Shown here: positions 8,157-17,403 of the stretch, piece after piece
Layout: the number at the start of each line of letters is the position of its first letter
Position numbering within the stretch: the stretch's first letter is position 1
Sequence record: MH533020.1
Source: Acinetobacter phage ABPH49
Direction: 5' to 3' (one strand)
Length of the DNA stretch: 64,000 nt
Made by a program: the position numbers and the translations under genes
Notes under the pieces: model-generated
What the model was told of the DNA's origin: nothing
Seen by the model: only the letters and a program-made list of their open reading frames with translations
Database searches by the model: none

Positions 8157-8447
8157 TCATGTCCGATTCATCATAGAAGAATCCTTGGTGGCACCCATTT
8201 CCCCGGCAAACATGGGCTTTAGCTTTTTTCGTTGCCGGATGATCCAGAATCCACTGTGACCACCTTTCCCAACCTCCTCGAGGTAACCTTTGGAGATCAG
8301 GCCTTCCGCCACCTTTCCGATTTTAACAGGTAACAGGCAGTCCCCGTCCCAATACTGGGTTTTTCGACGAGGACTGGCCTCTATCTCCCAGCCAAATACA
8401 ACAGCAGCTTGGAGGAAACTTGCCTCGCGTTTGTTAATCTTGCTCAT
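8157..8447 (-). CDS. Hypothetical protein, possible winged-helix fold (96 aa from the ATG at 8447)
   Basis: MSKINKREASFLQAAVVFGW...; 1-nt TGATG overlap with the HD gene stop. Confidence 0.45.
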   Translation of the reverse strand: MSKINKREASFLQAAVVFGWEIEASPRRKTQYWDGDCLLPVKIGKVAEGLISKGYLEEVGKGGHSGFWIIRQRKKLKPMFAGEMGATKDSSMMNRT

Positions 8448-8926
8448 CACTGACCCCCGTGAAGGATTTCGTGCAGCTGGCGGGCAGAGTCCAGACGAAC
8501 CCACATCGCGTGGTATTTACGCATACGCAGCAGATCCTTGTCGGTAATGCCCTTCAGGCGGCGAATGTCGGTATTGTGGCGCAGGTCGGCCAGCTTAACC
8601 AGTGTTGCATTCGGGCTTTGCATCAGGCCATTGAGGTATTCCTCAGGCGTCTGACCTTCCTTCTTGGTCATGCGGTCGACAATGTCCACGACGGACTTGT
8701 CAAATCCGGCCTCGAGGAGGTATTCCAAAGTGACGTTGGTATCTTCCACCAGATCGTGCATTACCGCAGCCGCTTTCACCAACGGGTCCTGCGACTTGAC
8801 GTAGTGCATCACTTTCAAGCAGTGCAGGATGTATGGTTGACCACCCTTGTCAAACTGGCCGTGGTGATGGGTAGCTGCCAGATAGATTGCTTTAGCCAGT
8901 TGTTCTTCTTTGCTCATCAGTTCCAT
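8447..8926 (-). CDS. HD-domain phosphohydrolase (MESH1/SpoT-hydrolase-like, 159 aa)
   Basis: AATHHHGQFDKGGQPYILHCLKV ... MHDLVEDT, an H..HD metal-binding pattern. AGGAG RBS. Confidence 0.8.
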   Translation of the reverse strand: MELMSKEEQLAKAIYLAATHHHGQFDKGGQPYILHCLKVMHYVKSQDPLVKAAAVMHDLVEDTNVTLEYLLEAGFDKSVVDIVDRMTKKEGQTPEEYLNGLMQSPNATLVKLADLRHNTDIRRLKGITDKDLLRMRKYHAMWVRLDSARQLHEILHGGQ

Positions 8927-8938
8927 TATCTTCTCCTA

Positions 8939-9895
8939 TTAAAACATCTGTGGTGGCGGGAAGTATCTAATTTCTTCGTACTTAGGATATGAAGGATATC
9001 CTAACTTCTCCCCCTCGTCAACAAAAAACTGACCATCAGGCCAAACCATCCGAACCAGTGGTGGGATCTCTGGAAGGTTTTTAATCTCCTCGTCGAGCAT
9101 CTTTGCAACATCCTGCGTCCGGCAGAAGGAAGCACATACCCTGTCATTTGGGAAAATAACAGATTCATGCTCTGTGCCGATCTCCATCCACATGTGGGTG
9201 TCACGATTGGACCAGCTGGAATAGTCCCTGACATTGGACCCATAATCCGGCCGCGCCGGTGCATTGCCGAAGTTTATCCGCAAGCCACCCAGCTGCGTCC
9301 TAACCCTATTGACGCCATACCCGAATTCCTTCGTCACCAGAGAGATCTCTGTCCCGAGCGTCAGCTCTTTGTGTTCTTCGGTGAGAAGACTACTCACCGC
9401 ACTTAAACCCTCTATGCAGTACCAGAGGGACCCAACTTTTGGGCCACTACCCTGTTGGGAATCGAGCTTATAGAAATGCTCGAAAAGCTCCTCCAGAACG
9501 GTTTTTATGGAGGTGTTGTAGAATTTAACCATCCCAGTCCCGCTGACTGTCGGCATCAGATTAGGGCTTGCATTGGTGGTGGTGTGGTATCGGATAGATG
9601 GAGCCTCACGATAGAGAACAAAGGAAACGTCATCCCTTTCCTGATGCTTTACTGAATAGGCAGCGGCGCTGCCCATATTGATCATCGCATCAAGAATGCG
9701 CTCATGGAACTGAACAGACCGGTAATTTGGTATTTTACGCAAGGCTGAGTAAAACAGTGACTCATTTTTGTCGTTGGTCTGAGTGTCCCAATTGCCATTC
9801 AACATCGCCTTCATCTCCCTTTCTGAGAAGTTTGGTGTGCGTATGGATCGTTGTCCGACCCACCACGGATTTTTGTCAATTTTCATATTCCCTCC
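8939..9895 (-). CDS. Hypothetical protein (318 aa)
   Basis: Long ORF; GGAGGG RBS 3 nt before the ATG at 9895. No recognisable motif. Confidence 0.65.
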   Translation of the reverse strand, partial: GGNMKIDKNPWWVGQRSIRTPNFSEREMKAMLNGNWDTQTNDKNESLFYSALRKIPNYRSVQFHERILDAMINMGSAAAYSVKHQERDDVSFVLYREAPSIRYHTTTNASPNLMPTVSGTGMVKFYNTSIKTVLEELFEHFYKLDSQQGSGPKVGSLWYCIEGLSAVSSLLTEEHKELTLGTEISLVTKEFGYGVNRVRTQLGGLRINFGNAPARPDYGSNVRDYSSWSNRDTHMWMEIGTEHESVIFPNDRVCASFCRTQDVAKMLDEEIKNLPEIPPLVRMVWPDGQFFVDEGEKLGYPSYPKYEEIRYFPPPQMF

Positions 9896-9944
9896 TTCAT
9901 TAGATTCACATAAAGGTACCATGATATTTTTATGATTTCAAGTG

Positions 9945-9973
9945 TTGACTTCGGATAATTCGACATGTAATAT
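9945..9973 (+). promoter_or_regulatory. Sigma-70 promoter TTGACT-N17-TAATAT with TG at -14, heading the rightward block
   Basis: Sits at the divergent junction. Shares TTGACTTCGG...TAATAT with the promoter at 42165. Confidence 0.55.
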
Positions 9974-10005
9974 TGGCACATCTTAAACGAACTGAGGGTA
10001 TGAAT

Positions 10006-10704
10006 ATGTCTCGAGTTATGACCAAGAAAGAAAAGATGGCCTACATCCAAGAAACCAAGAAGATCTTGGCCGGAGCACCGACAGACTTTATCGCGGGGTT
10101 TGATCATCAGAAAGGTACGGACTTCATGGCTTACCGCGACAACCCATACACCCGTGAAGATGGGGACAAGGGCCGCCACTGGGCCGCTGGTTTTGAACGG
10201 GCAACCATTACCAATCGGGTACGGGAGGAACTGAAGAACACCGTTCCTGTGACCTTCGGCGAGATCCTTGCTCTGCCACGTAAAGATATGGAGTCTTGGG
10301 ACACATCTCGTATTTGCAGCCTGATCGAGCACCACATGATCCAAGGTGTCTATAACGCAACAAGCGTCTGGGTGGAAGATAAGGCCTTTGAGCGCATCGA
10401 CGTCGAGACGATCTTCTACGACAATGGTGATGGAGAACGTACCCGCACTATCGGCCTGTTGAGCTTCGACAGTATCCCTGTGATGCTTTACAACCACTCT
10501 GGTCGTGGTAGTTTTGAATACTCCAACGAATTTGTTTTGAATTCGCTTGTGTTCAAGAACATGGCGTTGTATATTCAAAGTGTTCTTTTGGAACACGACG
10601 ATGATGCGGATATTGTTGAGTATTCGCCAGATGATGACGCGGAGCACCTGATCAACTTCTATGGGTCCCGTCTGGAAATTGTAAAAGGAGAGGAAAATGT
10701 CTAA
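10006..10704 (+). CDS. Hypothetical protein (232 aa), first gene of the rightward block
   Basis: GAGGG RBS 7 nt before the ATG at 10006. The ORF-track TTG start at 9973 lies inside the promoter -10. Confidence 0.6.
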   Translation: MSRVMTKKEKMAYIQETKKILAGAPTDFIAGFDHQKGTDFMAYRDNPYTREDGDKGRHWAAGFERATITNRVREELKNTVPVTFGEILALPRKDMESWDTSRICSLIEHHMIQGVYNATSVWVEDKAFERIDVETIFYDNGDGERTRTIGLLSFDSIPVMLYNHSGRGSFEYSNEFVLNSLVFKNMALYIQSVLLEHDDDADIVEYSPDDDAEHLINFYGSRLEIVKGEENV

Positions 10705-10954
10705 GACAATCAAGCGCCACCCTGCTGTTTACGAGTGTGATCCGGGTGAATCTCTCGGAGGAGAGGCCAAGTACGATGTCCTGCTCAAATCGGGTTGGCA
10801 CTTCTCTGACCTTGACGAGATGCCTGATGACACCCCGGTAGGTCACCCTAACCTCCGCCGGGAGGCTCGTTTCGAGACGGTGAAGGAGTTCTTTGATGCC
10901 AAACCTCGCCGTCTTAAAGACAAGAATGGAAATCCAGTTGCGGAGGGCGTGTGA
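10697..10954 (+). CDS. Hypothetical protein (85 aa)
   Basis: AAGGAGAGG RBS; overlaps the previous stop. Confidence 0.6.
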   Translation: MSKTIKRHPAVYECDPGESLGGEAKYDVLLKSGWHFSDLDEMPDDTPVGHPNLRREARFETVKEFFDAKPRRLKDKNGNPVAEGV

Positions 10955-11301
10955 TGAAAACCTCTAAAATCGATGAGGCGTTGATACTTTTCCTGTTGTG
11001 CTGGGCTATCATCGCCACGTGGTTTGCTATTCCAAGCGGCCCGCGATCGGATCTTCTTCAATCCAAAGAGGAGATCGCTGCCATCATGAAGGCCAGTGGC
11101 TACCGGGACGTAACTTTTGGACCGGAAGTTAAGCAGATGGGCAAGGAGTGGGGTCCTTGCCTGATCTTTGATGCCCGATATGAGAAGTCTCATGTCAGTG
11201 GTGGATACTGCACACCGAAATTTATGGACTGGGGTGTTGTCATTACTGACTACAAAGTTTCCGATATGGAACATAAAATCGAGGAGAGTTATCAAAAATG
11301 A
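10951..11301 (+). CDS. N-terminally membrane-anchored protein (116 aa)
   Basis: GGAGGG RBS, ATGA overlap, one N-terminal TM helix. Confidence 0.6.
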   Translation: MMKTSKIDEALILFLLCWAIIATWFAIPSGPRSDLLQSKEEIAAIMKASGYRDVTFGPEVKQMGKEWGPCLIFDARYEKSHVSGGYCTPKFMDWGVVITDYKVSDMEHKIEESYQK

Positions 11302-11555
11302 AAAAGTTACTGATTCTGGTCACCGCCGTTCTGCTGTCTGGCTGCGATCCAACAACAAGGGACGTCAGTGGGACATTTGCAATCCCACAGGAGCTGAAGG
11401 ACAAAGGCTGTACAATGTACCGCATGAAGAATGAGTACGCAGAGGCTATTTATGTCCTGTACTGTCCGAATGCGAACACAACAACGCAGCTGCAAGCCAA
11501 GCATCCCGCAAACGGATCAGTCATCAATGGTGTGTATTATGAAGAAAACCATTAA
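11298..11555 (+). CDS. Predicted lipoprotein (85 aa; signal peptide with LLSGC lipobox)
   Basis: MKKLLILVTAVLLSGC...; GAGGAG RBS; ATGA overlap. Confidence 0.65.
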   Translation: MKKLLILVTAVLLSGCDPTTRDVSGTFAIPQELKDKGCTMYRMKNEYAEAIYVLYCPNANTTTQLQAKHPANGSVINGVYYEENH

Positions 11556-11760
11556 GTATGAGTACCGGATTGCCCGGTTTACGGTGTCTCTATATCCGAC
11601 CCCGAGAATGTCTTTCCGTATAGAGCGTCGCCGAACCGATAAGTACCTGTTTGTTTTCCCATACGCATGGGTGCCGGTGCGGCACAACGCATGGGTAACA
11701 ATCTCTGGTGTTGGGTGCTGCTTAGTCCCTCCCGAGGGGGGATTACTTTGCGGAGTATGA
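11539..11760 (+). CDS. Possible small basic protein (73 aa)
   Basis: In-frame part of the track ORF 11431-11760 beginning at an ATG that overlaps the previous gene's end. Weak RBS. Confidence 0.3.
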   Translation: MKKTIKYEYRIARFTVSLYPTPRMSFRIERRRTDKYLFVFPYAWVPVRHNAWVTISGVGCCLVPPEGGLLCGV

Positions 11761-11897
11761 AACTTTGGAGGAGGCCGTGGATTCTATTAAAAAGGCTCTT
11801 GACAAGCAGACGGATCCCGAGGTAACATTAACCTACTTTGACGCAGCCGGTAATAAAATCGGCTCTGAAAAAGAAGGAACTGACCTATATTAAGGCC

Positions 11898-11933
11898 TTG
11901 ACAACTGAAGTGGGAAGATGAGATACTCTTCCC
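11898..11933 (+). promoter_or_regulatory. TTGACA + GGGAAGA-loop-TCTTCCC hairpin module (candidate promoter with a stem-loop) upstream of the 11962 gene
   Basis: TTGACA at 11898; possible TGaGATACT extended -10 lies inside the hairpin loop. Confidence 0.35.
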
Positions 11934-11961
11934 AACGCAAACAACAAAGAAGGATAAAATT

Positions 11962-12969
11962 ATGACTCTGCAAACTCAAATCTCTACTATCAAAGATGTA
12001 AACCGCGCTTATGGCTACACCGATTGTGGCTCTCTGGTCCGCAAACTGGGTAACAAGAAGCTGAATGCAGCTGACCGAAACATCGCGTATGACCTGAACT
12101 TTGACGACCTCCTGATGATGGGTTATAAACTCTCTGGCAACGGCACCTGTGACTATACCGGCTTACCTTTCTTCGGTACCGATAACGAAGCCTTCGCCCC
12201 GACCATCGAGCGTATCGACGACTGCAAGGGCTATGTCCGTGGCAATATCGCCATTGTTGGTGCCCGGGCAAACTATCTCAAAGATAAGTTTATCGACAAG
12301 AACCATCAGGACCCTTCCGATCTGGAGCTGAGCAAAGACGACATCAAGATCATCAACGCCATGCTGCCGCGTGTACACGCCAAGGGTTATCTGGAAGCCC
12401 TGAAGGGGAAATACATCCCTAACTTCGCAACCGAAGAAGAACTGGTAAAAATGCTGGACGAGAAGTGGTTCTTACCATCACTCCACCGCATCAACGACCA
12501 GCTGGAAGAGATCGCCAAAGGATCTGCTCCAGAGGATGGTAACATTTCCCTTCAGGGCGTGGGTGCGAAACTGGAAGTTCCTGAGGTGGATACCTCAGAA
12601 GAGGTTGATGCAGCACCTCTGGAGATCGACACCTCAACCCCGGCAGAAGATGAAGCAGAGAAGCCTTCTTTGCCAGATGATGTGGAGATTGCCGCGAGTT
12701 ACGCAAAACTCTGCCGGGCACTGGGTAAAGTGATGACTGTGAATATCACCTTCAGCCAGTACAAGAGTATCTACACCAACAAGCGTTGCCCGTTCACCGG
12801 TGAAGAGTTGACAGAGCGTTACCCTCTGATCCTCGACCGATCGTTGCCTCTGGAGTCTGGCAACGTGAAGATGACCAGCAACCGAGTTGGGCAGGCAATG
12901 AACGAATTTATCGACGCCACAGGCCTGTCTGTTTTCGAACTGGCTAAAAACCTGAAGAAGTTGGCGTAA
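11962..12969 (+). CDS. Hypothetical protein with two degenerate Endonuclease-VII/HNH-like repeats separated by an acidic linker (335 aa)
   Basis: Repeat 1: CDYTGLPFFG...PTIERIDDCKGYVRGNIAIVGARAN. Repeat 2: KRCPFTGEEL...LILDRSLPLESGNVKMTSNRVG. Pattern C..TG...(D/E)R.D...G.VRGN...V.AN, but the catalytic His pair is missing. Confidence 0.6.
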   Translation: MTLQTQISTIKDVNRAYGYTDCGSLVRKLGNKKLNAADRNIAYDLNFDDLLMMGYKLSGNGTCDYTGLPFFGTDNEAFAPTIERIDDCKGYVRGNIAIVGARANYLKDKFIDKNHQDPSDLELSKDDIKIINAMLPRVHAKGYLEALKGKYIPNFATEEELVKMLDEKWFLPSLHRINDQLEEIAKGSAPEDGNISLQGVGAKLEVPEVDTSEEVDAAPLEIDTSTPAEDEAEKPSLPDDVEIAASYAKLCRALGKVMTVNITFSQYKSIYTNKRCPFTGEELTERYPLILDRSLPLESGNVKMTSNRVGQAMNEFIDATGLSVFELAKNLKKLA

Positions 12970-13000
12970 CACCACAGGGCAAACAACAAAGAGGATAGCA

Positions 13001-13207
13001 ATGAACGAAGAACTGATAGTTGATAGCGGGGAATATCCCGGCGTAGCCACCCCAAAGTTTAAGGTTGGTGACCGGGTACGCGACCTCGTAACTCAAAATG
13101 TGTTTTACATTGCGAGTGCGGTGTGGCAACCAGCCTTCGAAAACTGGTGCTACTCTTCCGGCGAAGATACGATGTTTATCTCGGAAGTCGATCTCGAAGG
13201 GGTGTAA
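13001..13207 (+). CDS. Hypothetical protein (68 aa)
   Basis: AAAGAGGA RBS. Confidence 0.6.
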   Translation: MNEELIVDSGEYPGVATPKFKVGDRVRDLVTQNVFYIASAVWQPAFENWCYSSGEDTMFISEVDLEGV

Positions 13208-13213
13208 AAACCC

Positions 13214-13251
13214 TTGACACTGAAACAGGAGCATGTAACAATGCTCCTGTT
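13214..13251 (+). promoter_or_regulatory. Promoter-hairpin module: TTGACA-N17-(TGt)AACAAT with the -10 inside the loop of an 11-bp perfect stem (AACAGGAGCAT/ATGCTCCTGTT)
   Basis: Seen directly; shares the ATGTAAYAATGC core with the module at 34371. Confidence 0.45.
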
Positions 13252-13276
13252 CTCACATAAACCCAAGGAGTTATAA

Positions 13277-13873
13277 ATGGTCACTTTTGAAGAAATGAAC
13301 AATATTATCAGTATCGAGCGTGTTAAAATCGAGGATTGTTCGAAGCCTCTCCGAGTTTTCCGCCTGAAAGTCCGCGAAGATGGTTCTATGGAGCATGAAG
13401 AGCAGGGCTACGCACTGACAGAAGAGTCCCTGAATACCATCCGCCAGTCAGGCTATGATATTGTTCAGGTGGAAGATATCATCGCTGCGGACATGCCTGC
13501 TCGGATATTTTACGATCTGGACCAATTGGCTGCGACAACCGGTGCGGTTGCTTTCCTTGAGGAAGAAGCGCGCCGCCTGCGCCTTGCTTGGGATATTGCG
13601 TCGGCAAAGCGCGTCATGGAAGAGGAAGAGAAAAAAGAGTCCCTTAAAAAGTCGGTGGCTGTTCTCGGCCTTTGTGGGGTAAGTGGCAAACTGATAAGGG
13701 ACATCCTTGCCGAGCGCCACGGGGTCAGCTGCCTGATGGCTCGCCCAAACGATGTTTGGGATTTCCCGCAAGAGATGTTGGCGGACACCCCGCAGGAAAG
13801 CTGGAAACAGACAAAGCTTCGCCGGGGGCCGGGCCACAATAAATTCAGCAAGCGTAAGGGGAAGAAAAAATAA
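13277..13873 (+). CDS. Hypothetical protein with a basic C-terminal tail (198 aa)
   Basis: AAGGAG RBS; C-terminal ...RRGPGHNKFSKRKGKKK. Confidence 0.65.
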   Translation: MVTFEEMNNIISIERVKIEDCSKPLRVFRLKVREDGSMEHEEQGYALTEESLNTIRQSGYDIVQVEDIIAADMPARIFYDLDQLAATTGAVAFLEEEARRLRLAWDIASAKRVMEEEEKKESLKKSVAVLGLCGVSGKLIRDILAERHGVSCLMARPNDVWDFPQEMLADTPQESWKQTKLRRGPGHNKFSKRKGKKK

Positions 13874-14232
13874 TGAAAGACGTAGACTATTACCGGTCTA
13901 TTTACAACCGGGATGAACTCAATCTTGAGAAAATCCTGATGCTTCTTGACGAGACCTGTAAGGACCGTGACAACGATTCACTCATCGACCGTCCACTTGG
14001 ATACCTTCGTGACATTCTCGCCCTTGGCGAGGCGTACAGGAAGGAATTGTACGCAGTTCGTGTGGTTGGTCTGTCGAAGTTTGTTTCTGGCGACTTGGTT
14101 GTCGATAAGGTTCTCGGATTTAAGTTCGAGGTAACAGACGCGCAGGTCGAACTTAACGACGGCGCTTACAAATGGATGTACCGCCGTGGTGCATACTGGA
14201 TCCCAGAGGAAGACTTGGAGGAAGTGCAATGA
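13873..14232 (+). CDS. Hypothetical protein (119 aa)
   Basis: TAATG overlap; ORF. Confidence 0.6.
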   Translation: MKDVDYYRSIYNRDELNLEKILMLLDETCKDRDNDSLIDRPLGYLRDILALGEAYRKELYAVRVVGLSKFVSGDLVVDKVLGFKFEVTDAQVELNDGAYKWMYRRGAYWIPEEDLEEVQ

Positions 14233-14504
14233 AAAGTGCAGATGCAGCAATCCGCGAAGCCATTTCAGCTTTGCGTTATCTGGCAAAACACGAACGCCCT
14301 GTCGGTGGTGAAAGCCTGTTCAACTCGGCTCACCTCGAACAGCTGGCTCAGCAACTGGTACCAGTCCAATACGAGGTTGGGTTTGTTGTTCAGTTGCCGA
14401 AAGGTCTGGCGAAGAATATCAAAGATGACGGGTATTACCGTGGGGTCTGCGATATGATGGACTGTGTTCGCGCCGCAGGTAGTAAGATGGTAGGGGACGA
14501 ATGA
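14229..14504 (+). CDS. Hypothetical protein (91 aa)
   Basis: GGAGG RBS; ATGA overlap. The track ORF starts upstream with no RBS. Confidence 0.55.
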   Translation: MKSADAAIREAISALRYLAKHERPVGGESLFNSAHLEQLAQQLVPVQYEVGFVVQLPKGLAKNIKDDGYYRGVCDMMDCVRAAGSKMVGDE

Positions 14505-14686
14505 TGACAAAATCTCATGAAGAGCGTATCCTGTTTGCACAGGTTAACGATATGCCGATGGACTTTGTTGATTGGTTCTTCGATAACAAAGCCCCGGCAA
14601 TCAGCAGCTCGATGGTTCTGTGTGCAGCGGCCTTCATGTATGAAGGTTGGAAAGGTCGTGACGATCAAGATGGCCGGGGGTGTTAA
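14501..14686 (+). CDS. Hypothetical protein (61 aa)
   Basis: ATGA overlap. Confidence 0.45.
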   Translation: MMTKSHEERILFAQVNDMPMDFVDWFFDNKAPAISSSMVLCAAAFMYEGWKGRDDQDGRGC

Positions 14687-15133
14687 ATGAGTATGACTCC
14701 AGAGCAAAAGAAGATCCTGATTGACACCTGCAACGTGTTAATAAAAAGGGAGAATACCTCCGAGTATTCTGATAACCTGCGTGAAGTGGCGAAGGTCGCA
14801 CTGTCCGTTCTGACTGACAGCAAAGACCCGATCGCATACCTGACTTGGCATCAGGGTTGCCGGGCACCGGATGATTGTGAGTATTATCTGGAAGCTTGGA
14901 TGCACAAAACTGAAGAGCGCAGCATTGACGGGAGTCCTGCAATTCCCGTGTACGCCAATCCGTGGGAAGTTCGTAATCCTGATTATTGGATCACTTATTA
15001 CCCGGAAGTGGTCGGCTTCGATGACAAAGCCCACTCCCAAAGTGGCGCGGAGTCCTGTGCGAAACGTATTGCCAAAGAGATCGGCGGTTTTGTCCGCCCT
15101 GTCTATATTGGCGACATCCAAAAAGTGGTCTGA
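14687..15133 (+). CDS. Hypothetical protein (148 aa)
   Basis: ORF with a GGGGGTG RBS. Confidence 0.6.
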   Translation: MSMTPEQKKILIDTCNVLIKRENTSEYSDNLREVAKVALSVLTDSKDPIAYLTWHQGCRAPDDCEYYLEAWMHKTEERSIDGSPAIPVYANPWEVRNPDYWITYYPEVVGFDDKAHSQSGAESCAKRIAKEIGGFVRPVYIGDIQKVV

Positions 15134-15149
15134 CCGAGGAGATAAAATC

Positions 15150-15512
15150 ATGGGTTTTGAAAAGGATAAGCAGTACAAGTTCCTGAGTGCAACCACCCGT
15201 CAGCGCTTCGTTGACCGAGGTGTCGCAGATGCTGACGATTATGTGGCTAACGAGATAATTGGCGATAAATCCTTCACCGTTCTGCATATCGATTCAGCGG
15301 GTTGTGTGACGGAGATTAAAGTTGGAGAGAAAGTGTTCACCAGCGATGATATCGACCAGTCTTTCCTCTTTGATGAGGAAGAGATCGAGTTCTTCTACGA
15401 GTACGTTCCCGTAGATGACCCGGCGTACCGGTCGTATCTGGTGGGTAAGCTGGCCGCACTCCGTGAAGAGTGCGATGCAATCGAGCAAGAAATCAACAAC
15501 CTTAAAAAGTGA
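15150..15512 (+). CDS. Hypothetical acidic protein (120 aa)
   Basis: GAGGAGA RBS 7 nt before the ATG at 15150. The track ORF 14871-15512 is an overlapping N-terminal extension. Confidence 0.55.
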   Translation: MGFEKDKQYKFLSATTRQRFVDRGVADADDYVANEIIGDKSFTVLHIDSAGCVTEIKVGEKVFTSDDIDQSFLFDEEEIEFFYEYVPVDDPAYRSYLVGKLAALREECDAIEQEINNLKK

Positions 15513-15520
15513 GGTGACAA

Positions 15521-15706
15521 ATGGTAATGCATGAAGTTATGAATCCGATTATGGACCTGATCGACGACATCTGCGATGGTAATACAGAGCTGGCAATGAA
15601 GGCATTGGTTCTGTGCACAGCAACCTTGCTGGCGCAAAACGACATGGATGGTGTTGAGATCGGCGTTGCCGGTCAAAAGATCACAGTAACGATCGAGGAA
15701 GAGTAA
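15521..15706 (+). CDS. Hypothetical protein (61 aa)
   Basis: GAGGTG RBS. Confidence 0.5.
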   Translation: MVMHEVMNPIMDLIDDICDGNTELAMKALVLCTATLLAQNDMDGVEIGVAGQKITVTIEEE

Positions 15707-15707
15707 T

Positions 15708-16025
15708 ATGTGGTACGTCACACTGACGTCACTTCTCTTCCATGCATTGGTTCTGGTATTCATAGTCTGGCCGGTGATTCGTGAGACGTCGAGGGCGATC
15801 GCCCGCTGCGCCTCCATCTACCGCTGGACAATGGCTGGCCGCGAAGCAAACGGCCTGCCGAAATACCGGTGGAAGGTGTTCAAGTACAGCTGCGGCTGGT
15901 TCTGGAACTTCTTCGGGAGTGAAATAACCCGGGTGTCATCTAACCACGGAGAGTGGTTCGGCATTGGCGATTGGAAGGTCTACACAGGGGATAAAGATGA
16001 GAGCGCTGCTGAAGATCGAATGTAA
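15708..16025 (+). CDS. Membrane-anchored Trp-rich protein (105 aa)
   Basis: One N-terminal TM helix; GAGGAAGAG RBS. Confidence 0.55.
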   Translation: MWYVTLTSLLFHALVLVFIVWPVIRETSRAIARCASIYRWTMAGREANGLPKYRWKVFKYSCGWFWNFFGSEITRVSSNHGEWFGIGDWKVYTGDKDESAAEDRM

Positions 16026-16185
16026 AGGGAAGGTCTTGTTCAACAGCGGGGTCCAGCACGATGTCCCCGAGGTTGGAGAGAAGATCTGGGTGAACTTCAA
16101 AGAGGTGGAGGTTACTGAGATAAAGAAACTGTACAGCCGCGACGAAGTCGTTGCACTGGTGGAGGTAAAGAAAAATGAACAATAA
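15997..16185 (+). CDS. Possible small protein (62 aa, MRALLKIECKGKVLF...)
   Basis: GGGGA RBS; overlaps the previous gene by 29 nt. Confidence 0.4.
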   Translation: MRALLKIECKGKVLFNSGVQHDVPEVGEKIWVNFKEVEVTEIKKLYSRDEVVALVEVKKNEQ

Positions 16186-16402
16186 TGAGCGTCCAACAGT
16201 CATGTACGCAGTATATGACACCGTACTCAACGAGATCCCGCAGATGGGTCACGTACTGACACCAACTCAAAAGGCGGTGTTTGGTATTGAACGAGATGCA
16301 GCATACATTGTTGCGAACTGCAACTTTAAGCATCCCAATCGGTTCCGAGTAGTTCCTGTTGAGATTTTCCATGTTGACAACGTGGAACAACCCATGCAAT
16401 AA
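16175..16402 (+). CDS. Hypothetical protein (75 aa)
   Basis: GGAGG RBS. Confidence 0.55.
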   Translation: MNNNERPTVMYAVYDTVLNEIPQMGHVLTPTQKAVFGIERDAAYIVANCNFKHPNRFRVVPVEIFHVDNVEQPMQ

Positions 16403-16451
16403 TGCTCCACATGAAGACGGCCCACACCGGGCCGTTATTTAGGAGTTTGAA

Positions 16452-16886
16452 ATGCAATTCGATATTGATGATTACCGTGTGACAATCAAAGACAGCAAGT
16501 CTGACACGATTATCGATGCCCTCTTTGGACACCACCCGGGCAATAAGTTTGCGGTGATCTCCCTCCCAGATGAGTTGATGCACCCCGCCATAATCCCTTT
16601 TGTGAAGTTTAAGATAAAAATGATGATTGACTTCACGGAGAGAAAGAGTAAGATGAATTCCACTTCTCGATACATTCCCAACCGGGATCGTCCAACGAAG
16701 TGGGTGGTGCGGAAGTTCAAGTCCGAGTTTGAAAAGGTTCATGGTCACGACATTGAGGTCGCGAAGACAAACTGGGATTACAACAAGGCACCAAAGCATA
16801 ACAACACAGGCCGGTTTGGGGACCTGAAAGCATTCTGCGGGATGCGAAAAGGACAGGAACTTGACCTCGTAGCGAAAGGAGAGTGA
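16452..16886 (+). CDS. Hypothetical protein (144 aa)
   Basis: AGGAG RBS. Confidence 0.6.
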   Translation: MQFDIDDYRVTIKDSKSDTIIDALFGHHPGNKFAVISLPDELMHPAIIPFVKFKIKMMIDFTERKSKMNSTSRYIPNRDRPTKWVVRKFKSEFEKVHGHDIEVAKTNWDYNKAPKHNNTGRFGDLKAFCGMRKGQELDLVAKGE

Positions 16887-16887
16887 G

Positions 16888-17403
16888 ATGACTACGCCAT
16901 ACTCAGAGTACATGGCCCGTCAGTTGGAGGGGTGTGTAAACGACCCAGAGGGTCCTCGATACTACGGTAATATTGAGGTGGATCTCGAAGATATAACTGA
17001 TCAGCAAGAAAAAGCGTTGATGGAACAGTTCAAATCTATCGGCGTGTCCTGTCAGATGATAAACAATCTGGACAGGCCGGTATTGATAGGTTTTGAGAGT
17101 GAAGAATACATAGGTTGGTCAATTTTATCCTGCGTAACTCTCGGCCTGTTTAACAAGACTCATTACGATGTTGGTCGAGATCTTGTCCGGGTGAGTATGT
17201 ATGCCATGAAGTATGGACTGCAAAAATACACCGTGGAGGAGAATGCGGTGTATCTCGAGTTCATGATTTATTTGGCAAACAACCAGTTCTGTAATTGGGA
17301 AGATGCGGTAACACGGGTAAACTCTGTGTACCCAGATCTCCCCCGGTCAGAGATCAACAAGGCTGGGGATCGTATTCGTCGTGAAGTTGCGGGGTTGGAA
17401 TAA
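16888..17403 (+). CDS. Hypothetical protein (171 aa)
   Basis: AAGGAGAG RBS. Confidence 0.6.
   Translation: MTTPYSEYMARQLEGCVNDPEGPRYYGNIEVDLEDITDQQEKALMEQFKSIGVSCQMINNLDRPVLIGFESEEYIGWSILSCVTLGLFNKTHYDVGRDLVRVSMYAMKYGLQKYTVEENAVYLEFMIYLANNQFCNWEDAVTRVNSVYPDLPRSEINKAGDRIRREVAGLE

Noticed and set aside
9973-10704. N-terminally extended ORF-track starts using TTG/GTG with no RBS (9973, 7688, 20392, 41714, 43130, 14871, 45213, 47642 and others).
   Set aside because: In each case an internal ATG or GTG with a good Shine-Dalgarno and/or ATGA coupling gives a more plausible start. The extensions often run through promoters or terminators, or through the previous gene.
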